From an uncultured Nitrospiraceae bacterium (lineage in GTDB: Bacteria > Nitrospirota > Nitrospiria > Nitrospirales > Nitrospiraceae): a DNA stretch of 64,000 nt. Location: assembly GCA_963730935.1 (NCBI GenBank), contig CAVSTP010000004.1:1056001-1120000 (forward strand). Reading direction: 5' to 3'. Within the stretch, counting starts at the first letter, position 1; each line of letters starts with the position of its first letter. The notes under the pieces were generated by a model. It searched no databases, had not been told where the DNA came from, and saw only the letters and a program-made list of their open reading frames with translations. This document shows positions 18,293-27,497 of this stretch, in pieces. Position numbers and translations under genes: made by a program.

Positions 18293-19518
18293 TTGAGGTC
18301 CTTAAAGAGGTCCAGAAACAGCTGCGGCCACGCGCCTCCGGTAGCCACCCCGACCGTCGCGAGCAGGGTCCCGATCAAAATCACACTGAGGACGACCGCT
18401 TTACCGATGTCCTGGCCGCGGAGCGTGCCAATTTGGATCGGTTCCTTGGACAGGTAAGCGCTGGCCGCATACAGTTCCTCGCCGATCAGCGTGTAGTCAC
18501 ACGTCGTCACGAAGAACGGCAGTTGGTGATCGGAGTCGGTGCCGGCGATTTGGATCGCTCCCGTGCTGGCGCCGGTTTCGGTCAAGAGCAGCGATTCGGC
18601 AAAATACGACCCCATGAAAAAGTTCGCGGCGGGCTTCTTACGCAACATGATGCCGTCCACGGCCGCGGTGTAGCTGAATTGGTCGGCCGTGATGAAGAAG
18701 TTCGAGTCCTCTTTGAACAGGTCGGGCTTGCCCGCCTCCAGATAGGCCTGTTTGGTAATTTCCTGGCAGACCGCCATCGTAATAGGATCACGGTGAGGAA
18801 CCATCAGCTCCGTCTCATAGGAAGCCGTTCGCTTGGCCACCCGTCCGAGGATGACGGCCGCTGCGATCGTCGACGGATCGCTCATGTCATGGGCGCCCGT
18901 CAGATAGAGGATGGGTTTGCCCAACTCTGTCGCGCGTCCAATGGCCTCATCGACGGCATCCAGGCCGGGAATGCGACGCAAAAAGATGTTGTTCCGTTTC
19001 GCATGGCTGATCGCGTAGAAGACGAGCGCGCCGAAACCGAGGGCAAGAATCAAGTTGTTGAGCTGGTTCCAATTGAACCAATTGGCGTGAGGAGTTCCCT
19101 GGATCTGGGGTCCGACGGCCCGCTCCTCGCCTTTGCGCATGGCGACTGTGACCGGATAGGCGGTGCCATCCTTGAGCTCGACGCCCTTGCCGTTCCTGAT
19201 CACATACTGATGCCATGTCGGATCGGCAGCTCTTGTCCACCAGGCGCCCTTGGCATCTTTGACATAGCGGGTGTTCGCCGGAAACTCGGCGATGACCTTG
19301 AGCGAAGCCGGATCGTTGGCGCCGGGCTCACCGATGAGGACCTGATACTGCCCGTCGGCACTGTCGGAGGGACTGGGAGCCCAGACGACGGTCAGGCTCC
19401 CGCCGCCGTCATTCGGCGTATCGATGATGTGAAGACCGGCAGGAGCGGGAAGCGTAGCGTGAGCCAAGGAGTAAGAGAGGATACCAGCAAGACAGAGGAA
19501 AGCAGGGAACCCATTCAC
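18289..19518 (-). CDS. Exported FN3-like domain plus membrane-anchored alpha/beta domain protein, DUF6754-like (gene 4)
   Basis: Signal-like stretch ending SLAHA, beta-sandwich start DTPNDGGGSLTVVW, TM helix, IRRIPG-like LRRIPGLDAVDEAIGRATELGKP, C-terminal TM. Start uncertain (GTG 19518 or GTG 19758). DUF name is from recall. Confidence 0.75.
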   Translation of the reverse strand: MNGFPAFLCLAGILSYSLAHATLPAPAGLHIIDTPNDGGGSLTVVWAPSPSDSADGQYQVLIGEPGANDPASLKVIAEFPANTRYVKDAKGAWWTRAADPTWHQYVIRNGKGVELKDGTAYPVTVAMRKGEERAVGPQIQGTPHANWFNWNQLNNLILALGFGALVFYAISHAKRNNIFLRRIPGLDAVDEAIGRATELGKPILYLTGAHDMSDPSTIAAAVILGRVAKRTASYETELMVPHRDPITMAVCQEITKQAYLEAGKPDLFKEDSNFFITADQFSYTAAVDGIMLRKKPAANFFMGSYFAESLLLTETGASTGAIQIAGTDSDHQLPFFVTTCDYTLIGEELYAASAYLSKEPIQIGTLRGQDIGKAVVLSVILIGTLLATVGVATGGAWPQLFLDLFKDLK

Positions 19519-19522
19519 AATA

Positions 19523-19755
19523 AGGATGTTCAAAAAGGCGCTTTTTCTCACCCACCCATCCCCGGCGCGCCGAAACGCGCCGTTCCGCGGCCAAGGCCGC
19601 AGCCAGCGAAAGGCCAAAGAGGTACATACCAAGTTTCGCTTGAACCGCTCGCTTCGATCACATGCGAGCGGATAAGTACTTTGCCTCCAGTGAAACCGGA
19701 CCGTTGAAGGTATGAGCGATGTGAGAACGAAGCTGGAAACCTTTTTCAACATCCT
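19523..19755. mobile_element. MITE-like element, copy B (233 bp)
   Basis: TIRs AGGATGTTCAAAAAGG / CCTTTTTCAACATCCT. The 75-bp core 19624-19698 matches the reverse complement of 20939-21013 at 71 of 75 positions. Confidence 0.8.
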
Positions 19756-20879
19756 CACGCGCCCTCGATCACCTCGATGTTGGTCCTTGGAATCACGGCT
19801 CTCGCTCCGTCGGCAAATCTGACCTCCAGCACGCGCACCTCGCTCTCGGTGGGAATACTGGCCAGATCGGACGGCAGGGCGGACACCTCCCCGATCTTCC
19901 CAAAGAGCGGATCCCGGATGATCCTGACCGAATCCCCCAGCCGGATGCCTGTTCGCTGGACATCCGCTGGCACACCGGCTGCTGTCGCCGTGCGGGGAAT
20001 GATGATCTCAGGACGAATCACCCCGGCCCTGATCTGTGTCGCGCCGGAGATCGAAGCCTTCTGTCTTGTGTGGGCGGACAGCAGCCGAAAGGTCTTGGAG
20101 GCCATTGGGATCGTTCCAAATCCCTCAGTGAGAATCAACGTAAAGCCCACCTGCTCGGTGCCGGTGATCGCCACCCCAAGGTCATACCCCAGGAGCGCGC
20201 GCAGATCCTTATCATGAATCCCGCCGACAACCAAGCCCGCGATGCCGAGTTGTTTGGCCTTGGCCATCGTTTCTGCCGGAAGAAAGGAGCCCCCGACTAC
20301 GATTTTTCCCTTCATGTCCGGTCTCAGGTGTCCCGGTCCCAGCGGTTCGTCGGGTGAGGCGACCGCGACCACCAACTCGCCCCAGGCCTCCCCGCCGATG
20401 CCGAAGATGCCCTGCACTAAGCTGCAGGCGGCTTCCACCACGACGCCTTGACGAGGGATCGTCTCGACAACTGTACCATCGATATACGCCAACAAATTGA
20501 GCACACGCGGTGGTTCCCGCAGCAACACCTGTCCGGTCACTTCAGACAGCGATTCGATCGTTCCCGCGACCGGAGAGCGGATCTCCGTTTTGAACCACTT
20601 GATCAGCGGCTTATTTTCCGCGAGGATTTCATCCTTCTGGACGGGATCGCCCTCTTTTTTGACCAGATAGTCCTTGATCTCGTCCGGTGCAATGCTGAGT
20701 TGATTCGCCAGATTGATCGGATAGACTTTCCCAGGTAGTTCGGCGCGGGCTACGGCCTGGTCGGACCGCACCCGATCGCCTGCCTTGACGAGCACTGTTC
20801 CGGGCAACGGCAAGAGCCGCCGGCGTCTCACCATCGTGCGATCGGCAACCGTCAGTCCTGGAGTATAGGAATGCGCCAT
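19755..20879 (-). CDS. Soluble protein of unknown function with barrel-sandwich-hybrid-like motifs and KOW-like C-terminus (gene 3)
   Basis: 374 aa; VLVKAGDRV, LVKKEGDPVQKDEILAE, IRSPVAGTIE; C-terminal GDSVRIIRDPLFGKIGEV. Confidence 0.8.
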   Translation of the reverse strand: MAHSYTPGLTVADRTMVRRRRLLPLPGTVLVKAGDRVRSDQAVARAELPGKVYPINLANQLSIAPDEIKDYLVKKEGDPVQKDEILAENKPLIKWFKTEIRSPVAGTIESLSEVTGQVLLREPPRVLNLLAYIDGTVVETIPRQGVVVEAACSLVQGIFGIGGEAWGELVVAVASPDEPLGPGHLRPDMKGKIVVGGSFLPAETMAKAKQLGIAGLVVGGIHDKDLRALLGYDLGVAITGTEQVGFTLILTEGFGTIPMASKTFRLLSAHTRQKASISGATQIRAGVIRPEIIIPRTATAAGVPADVQRTGIRLGDSVRIIRDPLFGKIGEVSALPSDLASIPTESEVRVLEVRFADGARAVIPRTNIEVIEGA

Positions 20880-20881
20880 AG

Positions 20882-21070
20882 CAAGTTGCTGAAAAAAGCC
20901 CTAGCTTCGTTCTCAGTCGCCTAGAACACTCGATGCCTCGGTTTTACTGGAGGCAAAGCACTTATCCGCTCGCATGTGATCGAAGCGAGCGGTTCAAGCA
21001 AAGCTTGGTATGTCCCTCCTCGGGTCCTTCACTCCTTGCGGCCTCGCTTAAGAGCTTTTTGAGCAACTTG
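20882..21070. mobile_element. MITE-like element, copy C (189 bp, inverted relative to copy B)
   Basis: TIRs CAAGTTGCTGAAAAA / TTTTTGAGCAACTTG; shares the core and subterminal motifs with copy B in opposite orientation. Confidence 0.8.
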
Positions 21071-21090
21071 AACACATCTCAGCGAGCAGT

Positions 21091-22926
21091 TCAGGCCTTT
21101 CCCTTCGGATATAAATCCACTGCATCGAACCACTGGTTCAATGCTGCGACCCGCACAGACGACTCAGCCGGCAGTTGAAGCGGACGGCCACGCCCATCCA
21201 GCAGCAAGCCGACCACTCCGCCCAGCACGTCTCGCGTGACCGGTGCACCGGGTCCAGCCCCCGCATCGACAGACTTGGCCGGATGCAGCGTGATCGCCGC
21301 CTTTGCCCCGGCCTTCAGCTGATAATGCTTGAGAGCTCCGAAGAGCAGCCGGCCCTTCACGGTTCGGCCGTCGGCAAACGCAATGGCATACTCTGCACAG
21401 GTCTCGCCGTCTTTCCCCTGGCCGATCGGCGCCACGCAGGTGCCCAGGTAGATCATGCAGTCACGCACGAAGACATCCGTCGCGGCTTTCTCGTTGATGG
21501 TCGAAAGCACTCCGAGATGCGGCATCATGAAAATGCTATCGACGGACAACATTGTAAAACCCAACGGCTCATAGGCATCGACCATCATCAGCATGGACTG
21601 GATGCGACGGGGGGCATGCGAGAGAATGCCGCCGCTGCCGACGATCAAATTCAATTTCCGCATATCGATCAGCGTACGGCCGGACGTCTGTTGCTCGAAG
21701 ACATCGGAGATCGTACGCTCCTGCTGAACGCCCTTTAAGCCGGTGGCCAGCGATTTATGATGAATGAGCGCCAACCGCAAGGCCTCGCGGGCAATGGCGT
21801 GCTCGATCTGCAACTCGTCAAGCGTCTGCGGAATCGTCGTGGGCCGGATCATTTTATTCTTGATGCGGTTTCGAAGCGTCTGCTCGTCGATCGTAAAGGG
21901 CACCCAACGCATGATGTTGTCCAGTTTGGCCTCGGCCAGGACGTTGGAAATACTGTAGGACATGCCGAGATTCGCGCTGACGGTCCGGTTAAAGACCCCA
22001 TCAAAGACCGAAAACACGTCCGTCGTTGCACCCCCGATGTCGACGCCGATCAAGTTGAGGTGCTCACGCCTCGCAATGGTTTCCATGATGAGGCCGACCG
22101 CGGCAGGAGTCGGCATGATGGGGGCGCCCGCCATGTCGATCAGCTTCTTGTAGCCTGGGGCCTGCTGCATCACGTGCTCGAGAAAGAGATCATGGATCTT
22201 GTTCCGGGCGGGAGCCAGGTGTTCCTTCTCCAGCACGGGACGGATATTGTCCGTGACCTCCAAGGCCGTTTTGTCGCCCAGGATTTTCTTGACCTGTGAT
22301 TGGGCGTCCTTGTTGCCGGCATAAATCAGCGGCAGTTTGTAGGTTATGCCAAACCGTGGACGCGGTTCCGCAGCGGCGATGTACTCCGCCATCTCGACGA
22401 CGTGCGTGACGGCGCCGCCATCGGTGCCGCCCGACATCAGAATCATGTCCGGACGCATCGAGCGAATCCGCTCGATTTTCTCGTGAGGCAACCGGCCATC
22501 ATTGGAAGCCAGCACGTCGATCACGATCGCGCCGGCGCCCAGCGCCGCCCGCTGCGCACTTTCTCCAGTCATGTTCTGCACGACGCCGGTCACCATCATC
22601 TGCAGCCCGCCGCCGGCGCTGCTGGTGGAGATATAGATATCGACACCGGTCTGCGCATCCCGACAAGGCGTGATGATTTGATCACCGTCGAGAATTCTAC
22701 GCTTGGAGCGCTCCTCGATTTCCGCGATCGCGTTCAATACCCCGCGGGTCACGTCCTCAAACGGCGCCTCCACTGTCGTCGGCGCCTCCCCCCGGTACGT
22801 CTGGCGGTATTCGTCGCCGACCTTTTCGATCAAAATGGCCTTGGTCGTCGTGCTCCCGCAATCGGTCGCAACGATTACGTTCAATGGACGATCGCTCTTA
22901 GGTGGGACGGAGGCGGCAGCCGTCAT
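21091..22926 (-). CDS. GlmL/MutL-like (glutamate mutase L family) ASKHA-fold ATPase with C-terminal extension (gene 2)
   Basis: TDCGSTTTKA (phosphate-1), TSSAGGGL, MSGGTDGG, IMPTPAAV, VDIGGATTDVFS (phosphate-2), VGSGG. Confidence 0.85.
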   Translation of the reverse strand: MTAAASVPPKSDRPLNVIVATDCGSTTTKAILIEKVGDEYRQTYRGEAPTTVEAPFEDVTRGVLNAIAEIEERSKRRILDGDQIITPCRDAQTGVDIYISTSSAGGGLQMMVTGVVQNMTGESAQRAALGAGAIVIDVLASNDGRLPHEKIERIRSMRPDMILMSGGTDGGAVTHVVEMAEYIAAAEPRPRFGITYKLPLIYAGNKDAQSQVKKILGDKTALEVTDNIRPVLEKEHLAPARNKIHDLFLEHVMQQAPGYKKLIDMAGAPIMPTPAAVGLIMETIARREHLNLIGVDIGGATTDVFSVFDGVFNRTVSANLGMSYSISNVLAEAKLDNIMRWVPFTIDEQTLRNRIKNKMIRPTTIPQTLDELQIEHAIAREALRLALIHHKSLATGLKGVQQERTISDVFEQQTSGRTLIDMRKLNLIVGSGGILSHAPRRIQSMLMMVDAYEPLGFTMLSVDSIFMMPHLGVLSTINEKAATDVFVRDCMIYLGTCVAPIGQGKDGETCAEYAIAFADGRTVKGRLLFGALKHYQLKAGAKAAITLHPAKSVDAGAGPGAPVTRDVLGGVVGLLLDGRGRPLQLPAESSVRVAALNQWFDAVDLYPKGKA

Positions 22927-23294
22927 CGACCCGATGCCCTCTGCATCGACGTTTTGGTTTCAATGAGGGCGATCAGCCGGGAGACGATATCCCGGCGTTC
23001 GAGCAGGCGGGCGACCCGCTCCATGTCCTTGCCGTCGAAGGCGCATTCGATGATGGGGGTCAGTACATGGAGCGCCTGGCTTCCCAGGAAGTTCATAGGG
23101 CCCATGGACTCGAGAAACATCGCGGCCGGAACCCCCATCCCACGCTTCACCAGCGCATCGGCGATGCGCTCCAGGAACTCCACATCATCAGTGCGGAGCA
23201 CCGAGGTGGCCGGCTCCGTCGCAAAGGCATGCCTGACGCCGTTACTCAACTGGCGTAGTCGGTTGGTGAGATGGTCCTTGGACAAGGGGCGCAT
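22923..23294 (-). CDS. Small hypothetical protein (gene 1)
   Basis: 123 aa; ATGA overlap with the glmL-like gene; follows a near-consensus promoter. Confidence 0.75.
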   Translation of the reverse strand: MRPLSKDHLTNRLRQLSNGVRHAFATEPATSVLRTDDVEFLERIADALVKRGMGVPAAMFLESMGPMNFLGSQALHVLTPIIECAFDGKDMERVARLLERRDIVSRLIALIETKTSMQRASGR

Positions 23295-23329
23295 ACAACT
23301 GATCGGACAAGCGAAACGGAGGTTGGGGC

Positions 23330-23358
23330 ATTATAAGAAGCGGCCGTAGAGGAGTCAA
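23330..23358 (-). promoter_or_regulatory. Near-consensus sigma70 promoter of the unknown operon
   Basis: Minus strand TTGACT-17 nt-TATAAT, 36 nt upstream of ATG 23294. Confidence 0.75.
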
Positions 23359-23360
23359 TT

Positions 23361-24158
23361 TTACGGCCGTCCTTGACCGGCCTCTGGACCGCGTTGGGTG
23401 AGGAACGCATCGAGCATCGGCGCCAGTTTTTCGAACCAGCGGTCCGCCATGTGCGAATCGCCGATGGCATTGGGATGCGTGCCATCGTAGGTCATCGTGG
23501 ACGGATCAAGTCCACTGTATTGATTGACGAGGACGATCGGCGACTCAGCACGATTTTTATCGGCAACCAGTGCGGGCAAATTCCCGTTCAACACCGCAAT
23601 GGAAGGGACACCGGTCTTGGCGATTAGTTGCGCCAACAAGATTTGTATACGCGGGTTGACTTTCCTTAAGGCGTCGATGATGCCCCTGATGTCGTTCACC
23701 GTGCTGGCAACACTTTGCCCTCGGGAGAGATCGTTGGTTCCGATATGGATTAAGACGAAGTCCGGTGACGCAGCCGTGGCCCAGGTCTGTATGTGATTGA
23801 GAATTTCATCGGCCCTCCACCCGGCATGCCCTTCGTGGTCCATGTCGAAATCAGGGTTCGCCGGCGGGCCGTTCCCGACGCCATATTGGGAACCGACGAA
23901 ATCAATGTGATACCCCTGGTCGAGCAACACGTGCCAGAGATAGTAGCGGTAGCTGTTGAGCCGCCTGGTCGATTCCGTGATGGAATCCCCCAGCGGCATG
24001 ATCTTGACGGTGACCTTGGATCTCTGGGGAGCGGCGGGACTTGGGTTATCTGGGTTATCCGCTTGAGAACCGCAGGCCGCCACTGATCCGAAAAAGAGCA
24101 CGATGACGGCCGTGAGGCGGACGCACCATCGACGCTGAGTGAAACGGCGATCAGGCAT
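23361..24158 (-). CDS. SGNH/GDSL hydrolase lipoprotein
   Basis: Lipobox VAAC; blocks GDSIT, HEGHAGW, IGTND, DGTHPN. Confidence 0.88.
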   Translation of the reverse strand: MPDRRFTQRRWCVRLTAVIVLFFGSVAACGSQADNPDNPSPAAPQRSKVTVKIMPLGDSITESTRRLNSYRYYLWHVLLDQGYHIDFVGSQYGVGNGPPANPDFDMDHEGHAGWRADEILNHIQTWATAASPDFVLIHIGTNDLSRGQSVASTVNDIRGIIDALRKVNPRIQILLAQLIAKTGVPSIAVLNGNLPALVADKNRAESPIVLVNQYSGLDPSTMTYDGTHPNAIGDSHMADRWFEKLAPMLDAFLTQRGPEAGQGRP

Positions 24159-24272
24159 TGGTCAGGGAAAATAAGGAGGCCATTACCGCTGTCTGACTTT
24201 CGACGTTAACGGTGTTAGTTGTTTTGAGATACGAGGGAAATCGAGAGTGGAACTTGGTGGGGGCAACGGACT

Positions 24273-24887
24273 CTATGTAGCCAAGGTCTTTTGGCCGATC
24301 TTTCCCTCTGTCCCCTTCCACAATCGTACGATATTGTCCTTGTGTTTGATCCAGATCAGCGTGCTGACGACGATCGCGAAAATCAGAAACTCCTGCCGTT
24401 GCTCATTGACGATGGCGACGACAGGAAACAACCCGAAGGCGGCCAGCGCGCCCCCGGAAGAATAGCGCCAAATGGCGACCGCCCCCAGCCAAATCAGCAG
24501 GAGGAGAGCGCCGATCGACGGCGACAATCCCAGAACAGAACCCAGCGCGGTCGCGACACCTTTGCCTCCTTTGAAGGCCAGGAAGGGGGAAAAGATATGG
24601 CCGATGATCGGCGACAGCGCCGCAAGCATGATGAACGACTCCGTGTGAAGCCATTGCATCGCCGCCCAGCCGATTAGCCATCCTTTTCCCATATCGCCCA
24701 GCAGCGTCAGCACCCCGGCCTTTGCACCGGAAACCCGCAGCACGTTGGTAAACCCCACATTCTTGCTTCCCACGGCGCGGGGATCGGGAAGATTGAGCGC
24801 TTTCGAGACGACGATTCCAAACGGAATGGCGCCAAGTCCATAGCCGAGCGTCACCAGCAGCAGACAGAAGAGTTCTTCTTCCATCAT
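24273..24887 (-). CDS. plsY: Glycerol-3-phosphate acyltransferase PlsY
   Basis: GSKNVGFTNVLR, GHIFSPFLAFKGGKGVAT, KHKDNIVRL. Confidence 0.95.
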   Translation of the reverse strand: MMEEELFCLLLVTLGYGLGAIPFGIVVSKALNLPDPRAVGSKNVGFTNVLRVSGAKAGVLTLLGDMGKGWLIGWAAMQWLHTESFIMLAALSPIIGHIFSPFLAFKGGKGVATALGSVLGLSPSIGALLLLIWLGAVAIWRYSSGGALAAFGLFPVVAIVNEQRQEFLIFAIVVSTLIWIKHKDNIVRLWKGTEGKIGQKTLAT

Positions 24888-24949
24888 CAGGAAAATCGTG
24901 TGAAAGAGTGACGGAGAGACCTACGGGGAGGCCGCGCGGTTCGCATCTT

Positions 24950-25546
24950 CTACAGGCCCTTGGCGATCACTTGTTTCCAGAAGCTCCACACGTAGAGGCC
25001 GCCGGATAGATATCCCAGCACGAGCGACAGGTACAGCGTCACGCTGCCGGCCAAATGCAGATTGCCCAGGTCCGAAAGCGCCGTACCCTCGAGGATCAAC
25101 ATCGTGATCGCCACGACCTGCAAGGCCATTTTGTACTTGCCCGTGGTCTCAGCTACGATGATCATCCCTTCGCCCGCCGCGATGGCACGGATCCCGGTCA
25201 CGGCGACTTCCCGAGCGATCACGAGAATCGCCACCAATGCGCTGACACGATCGACATTCACCAGGAGGATCAGTGCCGACAGCACAAGCAGCTTGTCGGC
25301 GATCGGATCGAGCAGCTTCCCCAGTTTCGTGATCTGGCCGGTCCGGCGGGCGATGTAGCCGTCCAGGAGATCGGTGATGGCGGCGACCACGAACACGACC
25401 GCCGCGCTCAAGGAGCGGTCCGGCGTCGGCGTAAAAAACAGCATCACAAAGACCGGGATCAAGAAAATGCGGACCAACGTGATGACGTTGGGGAGGTTCA
25501 GCGACTCCTGACCGACCGCTTTCCAGGCTTCCAGCACGCGATTCAT
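24950..25546 (-). CDS. pgsA: CDP-diacylglycerol--glycerol-3-phosphate 3-phosphatidyltransferase
   Basis: NLPNVITLVR and the CDP-alcohol motif DLLDGYIAR...G..LDPIADK. Confidence 0.95.
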   Translation of the reverse strand: MNRVLEAWKAVGQESLNLPNVITLVRIFLIPVFVMLFFTPTPDRSLSAAVVFVVAAITDLLDGYIARRTGQITKLGKLLDPIADKLLVLSALILLVNVDRVSALVAILVIAREVAVTGIRAIAAGEGMIIVAETTGKYKMALQVVAITMLILEGTALSDLGNLHLAGSVTLYLSLVLGYLSGGLYVWSFWKQVIAKGL

Positions 25547-25592
25547 ATCTTCCGTATCCTTTGCTCACACATCGATTACAGTCATGGTGCGC

Positions 25593-26621
25593 TTAGACAA
25601 TGCCGTTCTTCAAGAGGTCATGCAGGTGAATGACGCCCACAACCTTGCGCTCACCTTCTGTAACGACGAGGGTAGTAATCGAGAACCGTTCCATCTGTTC
25701 GACGGCTTTTGCAGCCAGATCCTCTGGCGCAATGGTCTTTGGACTGCGTGAGGCCAGTTGGCCGGCCGTCACCTTGGCAAAATCTCCGCCCTGTTGGATA
25801 AACCGCCGCAAGTCACCGTCGGTGATGATGCCGGCGAGCCTTCCGTTGTCGTCGGCCACGGTCGTCATGCCCAGCTTTTTGGCCGTGATCTCCAGAATGG
25901 CCGCCGTGGCCGGCACCGCTTCGGAGACCGTGGGCATCTCGGCCCCGCCATGCATCAGGTCTTTGACCCTCACGAGGAGGCGCCTCCCGAGTGTCCCTCC
26001 AGGATGGAATTGCGCAAAGTCTTCCTGCTTGAAGCCGCGCTTCTGAAGGAGAGCGACGGCCAACGCATCTCCCATAGCCAGGGTCGCGGTGGTGCTCGCC
26101 GTGGGCGCCAGCCCCATCGGGCAGGCTTCCTCCGAGACGGACACATCGAGCGCCACATCACTGTTCTTGGCCAGCGTCGAAGTCATGCGCCCCGTCATCG
26201 ACACGACTGGAATACCCATCCGTTCGACGTAAGGCAGCAACTGTAAGATTTCCTGCGTCTCCCCGCTGTTGGAGATGGCGATCAGGACGTCGGCTCGGCC
26301 CAACATGCCGAGGTCTCCATGAATGCCTTCGGCCGGATGGAGAAAAAATGCCGGGGTGCCCGTGCTGGCCATCGTCGCTGCGATTTTCTGTCCAACCAGG
26401 CCGGATTTGCCCATGCCGGATACCACGACCTTGCCCTTGCAACGCATCAGTAGGTCGACGGCCTTGGCGAACTGGGCATCCAATCGTTCGACGAGTGCTT
26501 GCACTGCCCGCGCCTCAATCTTCAGCACACGCCGGCCTTCGGCAAGACTGCCGCCGTTGGCTCGGTCGGACGGGCGGGATACGGCCTTGGAGTTTATTTT
26601 CGTGGATTTGCCGCGTCGCAT
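25593..26621 (-). CDS. kdsD: Arabinose-5-phosphate isomerase (KpsF/GutQ; SIS + CBS)
   Basis: [35 protein letters not shown] pair. Confidence 0.93.
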   Translation of the reverse strand: MRRGKSTKINSKAVSRPSDRANGGSLAEGRRVLKIEARAVQALVERLDAQFAKAVDLLMRCKGKVVVSGMGKSGLVGQKIAATMASTGTPAFFLHPAEGIHGDLGMLGRADVLIAISNSGETQEILQLLPYVERMGIPVVSMTGRMTSTLAKNSDVALDVSVSEEACPMGLAPTASTTATLAMGDALAVALLQKRGFKQEDFAQFHPGGTLGRRLLVRVKDLMHGGAEMPTVSEAVPATAAILEITAKKLGMTTVADDNGRLAGIITDGDLRRFIQQGGDFAKVTAGQLASRSPKTIAPEDLAAKAVEQMERFSITTLVVTEGERKVVGVIHLHDLLKNGIV

Positions 26622-27421
26622 ATCCGCATCACCCGTTCAAGGAGGGGTTTCAGCTGATGGAGGGGAACCATGTTGGGCCCGTCGGACAGCGCCTCGTCAG
26701 GATTCGGATGTACTTCCATAAAGAATCCGTCGACTCCGGCGCCGGCCGCTGCGGAGGCCAGCGGTTCGACGAATTCACGCTGCCCAGAGGATTTCGTGCC
26801 CCCTCCGCCTGGCAGCTGGACGCTGTGCGTTGCATCAAAGACGACCGGATACCCGAAGCTTCGCAGAATCGGGAACGACCGCATGTCCACGACGAGATTG
26901 TTGTACCCGAATGACGATCCGCGCTCGGTCAGGACAATTCGCTGGTTGCCGCACTCTTCGACCTTTTTGACAGCGTTGGACATTTCCTGCGGGGACAGGA
27001 ACTGGCCCTTCTTCACGTTTACGACTTTCCCCGTCTTGGCGGCGGCGATCAGCAAATCGGTCTGCCGGCAGAGAAAGGCCGGAATCTGCAGCACATCGAC
27101 CACGCGGCCGGCTTCAGTCGCTTGTTCCTCGGTATGCACGTCGGTCAGGACCGGCACGCCGACCTCCCGCTTGACCTTCGCCAGCACCTCCAGGCCCTGC
27201 GTCAGGCCCGGCCCCCGGAACGAGCTGATGGACGTCCGGTTCGCCTTGTCGAATGAAGACTTGAACACATAGGGCATCCCCAGCGAGCGCGTGATTTCGG
27301 CAATGCGGCCCGCCGTTTCCAGCACCAGCTGCTCGCTTTCGATGACGCAGGGACCGGCAATCAGGAACGGCCGCTGTCCCTGGCCGACGGTGAATGCGCC
27401 GATATCCACGAGGTGTGCCAT
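26594..27421 (-). CDS. kdsA: KDO8P synthase
   Basis: [38 protein letters not shown]. Confidence 0.97.
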   Translation of the reverse strand: MAHLVDIGAFTVGQGQRPFLIAGPCVIESEQLVLETAGRIAEITRSLGMPYVFKSSFDKANRTSISSFRGPGLTQGLEVLAKVKREVGVPVLTDVHTEEQATEAGRVVDVLQIPAFLCRQTDLLIAAAKTGKVVNVKKGQFLSPQEMSNAVKKVEECGNQRIVLTERGSSFGYNNLVVDMRSFPILRSFGYPVVFDATHSVQLPGGGGTKSSGQREFVEPLASAAAGAGVDGFFMEVHPNPDEALSDGPNMVPLHQLKPLLERVMRICDAANPRK

Positions 27422-27497
27422 GGGTTAACCCAGGGACCAGGTTAAGGAAGAGGAGACAAAAGTACCAGCGTTTTTTTCACCGCCGGGCCGCCGCTCG

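Noticed and set aside
18433..19707. 424-aa plus-strand ORF
   Set aside because: Antisense to gene 4 and repeat B; no recognisable domain.
14351..21070. CRISPR array or autonomous IS interpretation of the repeats
   Set aside because: The repeats are dispersed, not regularly spaced, and there is no cas or transposase gene in the window.
20933..21178. 81-aa ORF sharing the peptide WRQSTYPLACDRSERFK with another ORF
   Set aside because: The similarity comes from the DNA repeat (copy C) and is not evidence of a protein family.
21091..22926. DNA mismatch-repair MutL, or a glutamate fermentation pathway
   Set aside because: The motifs are ASKHA-type, not GHKL, so the name overlap is coincidental. 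No mutase subunits are present.
22300..23349. 349-aa plus-strand ORF
   Set aside because: Antisense to the glmL-like gene and gene 1.
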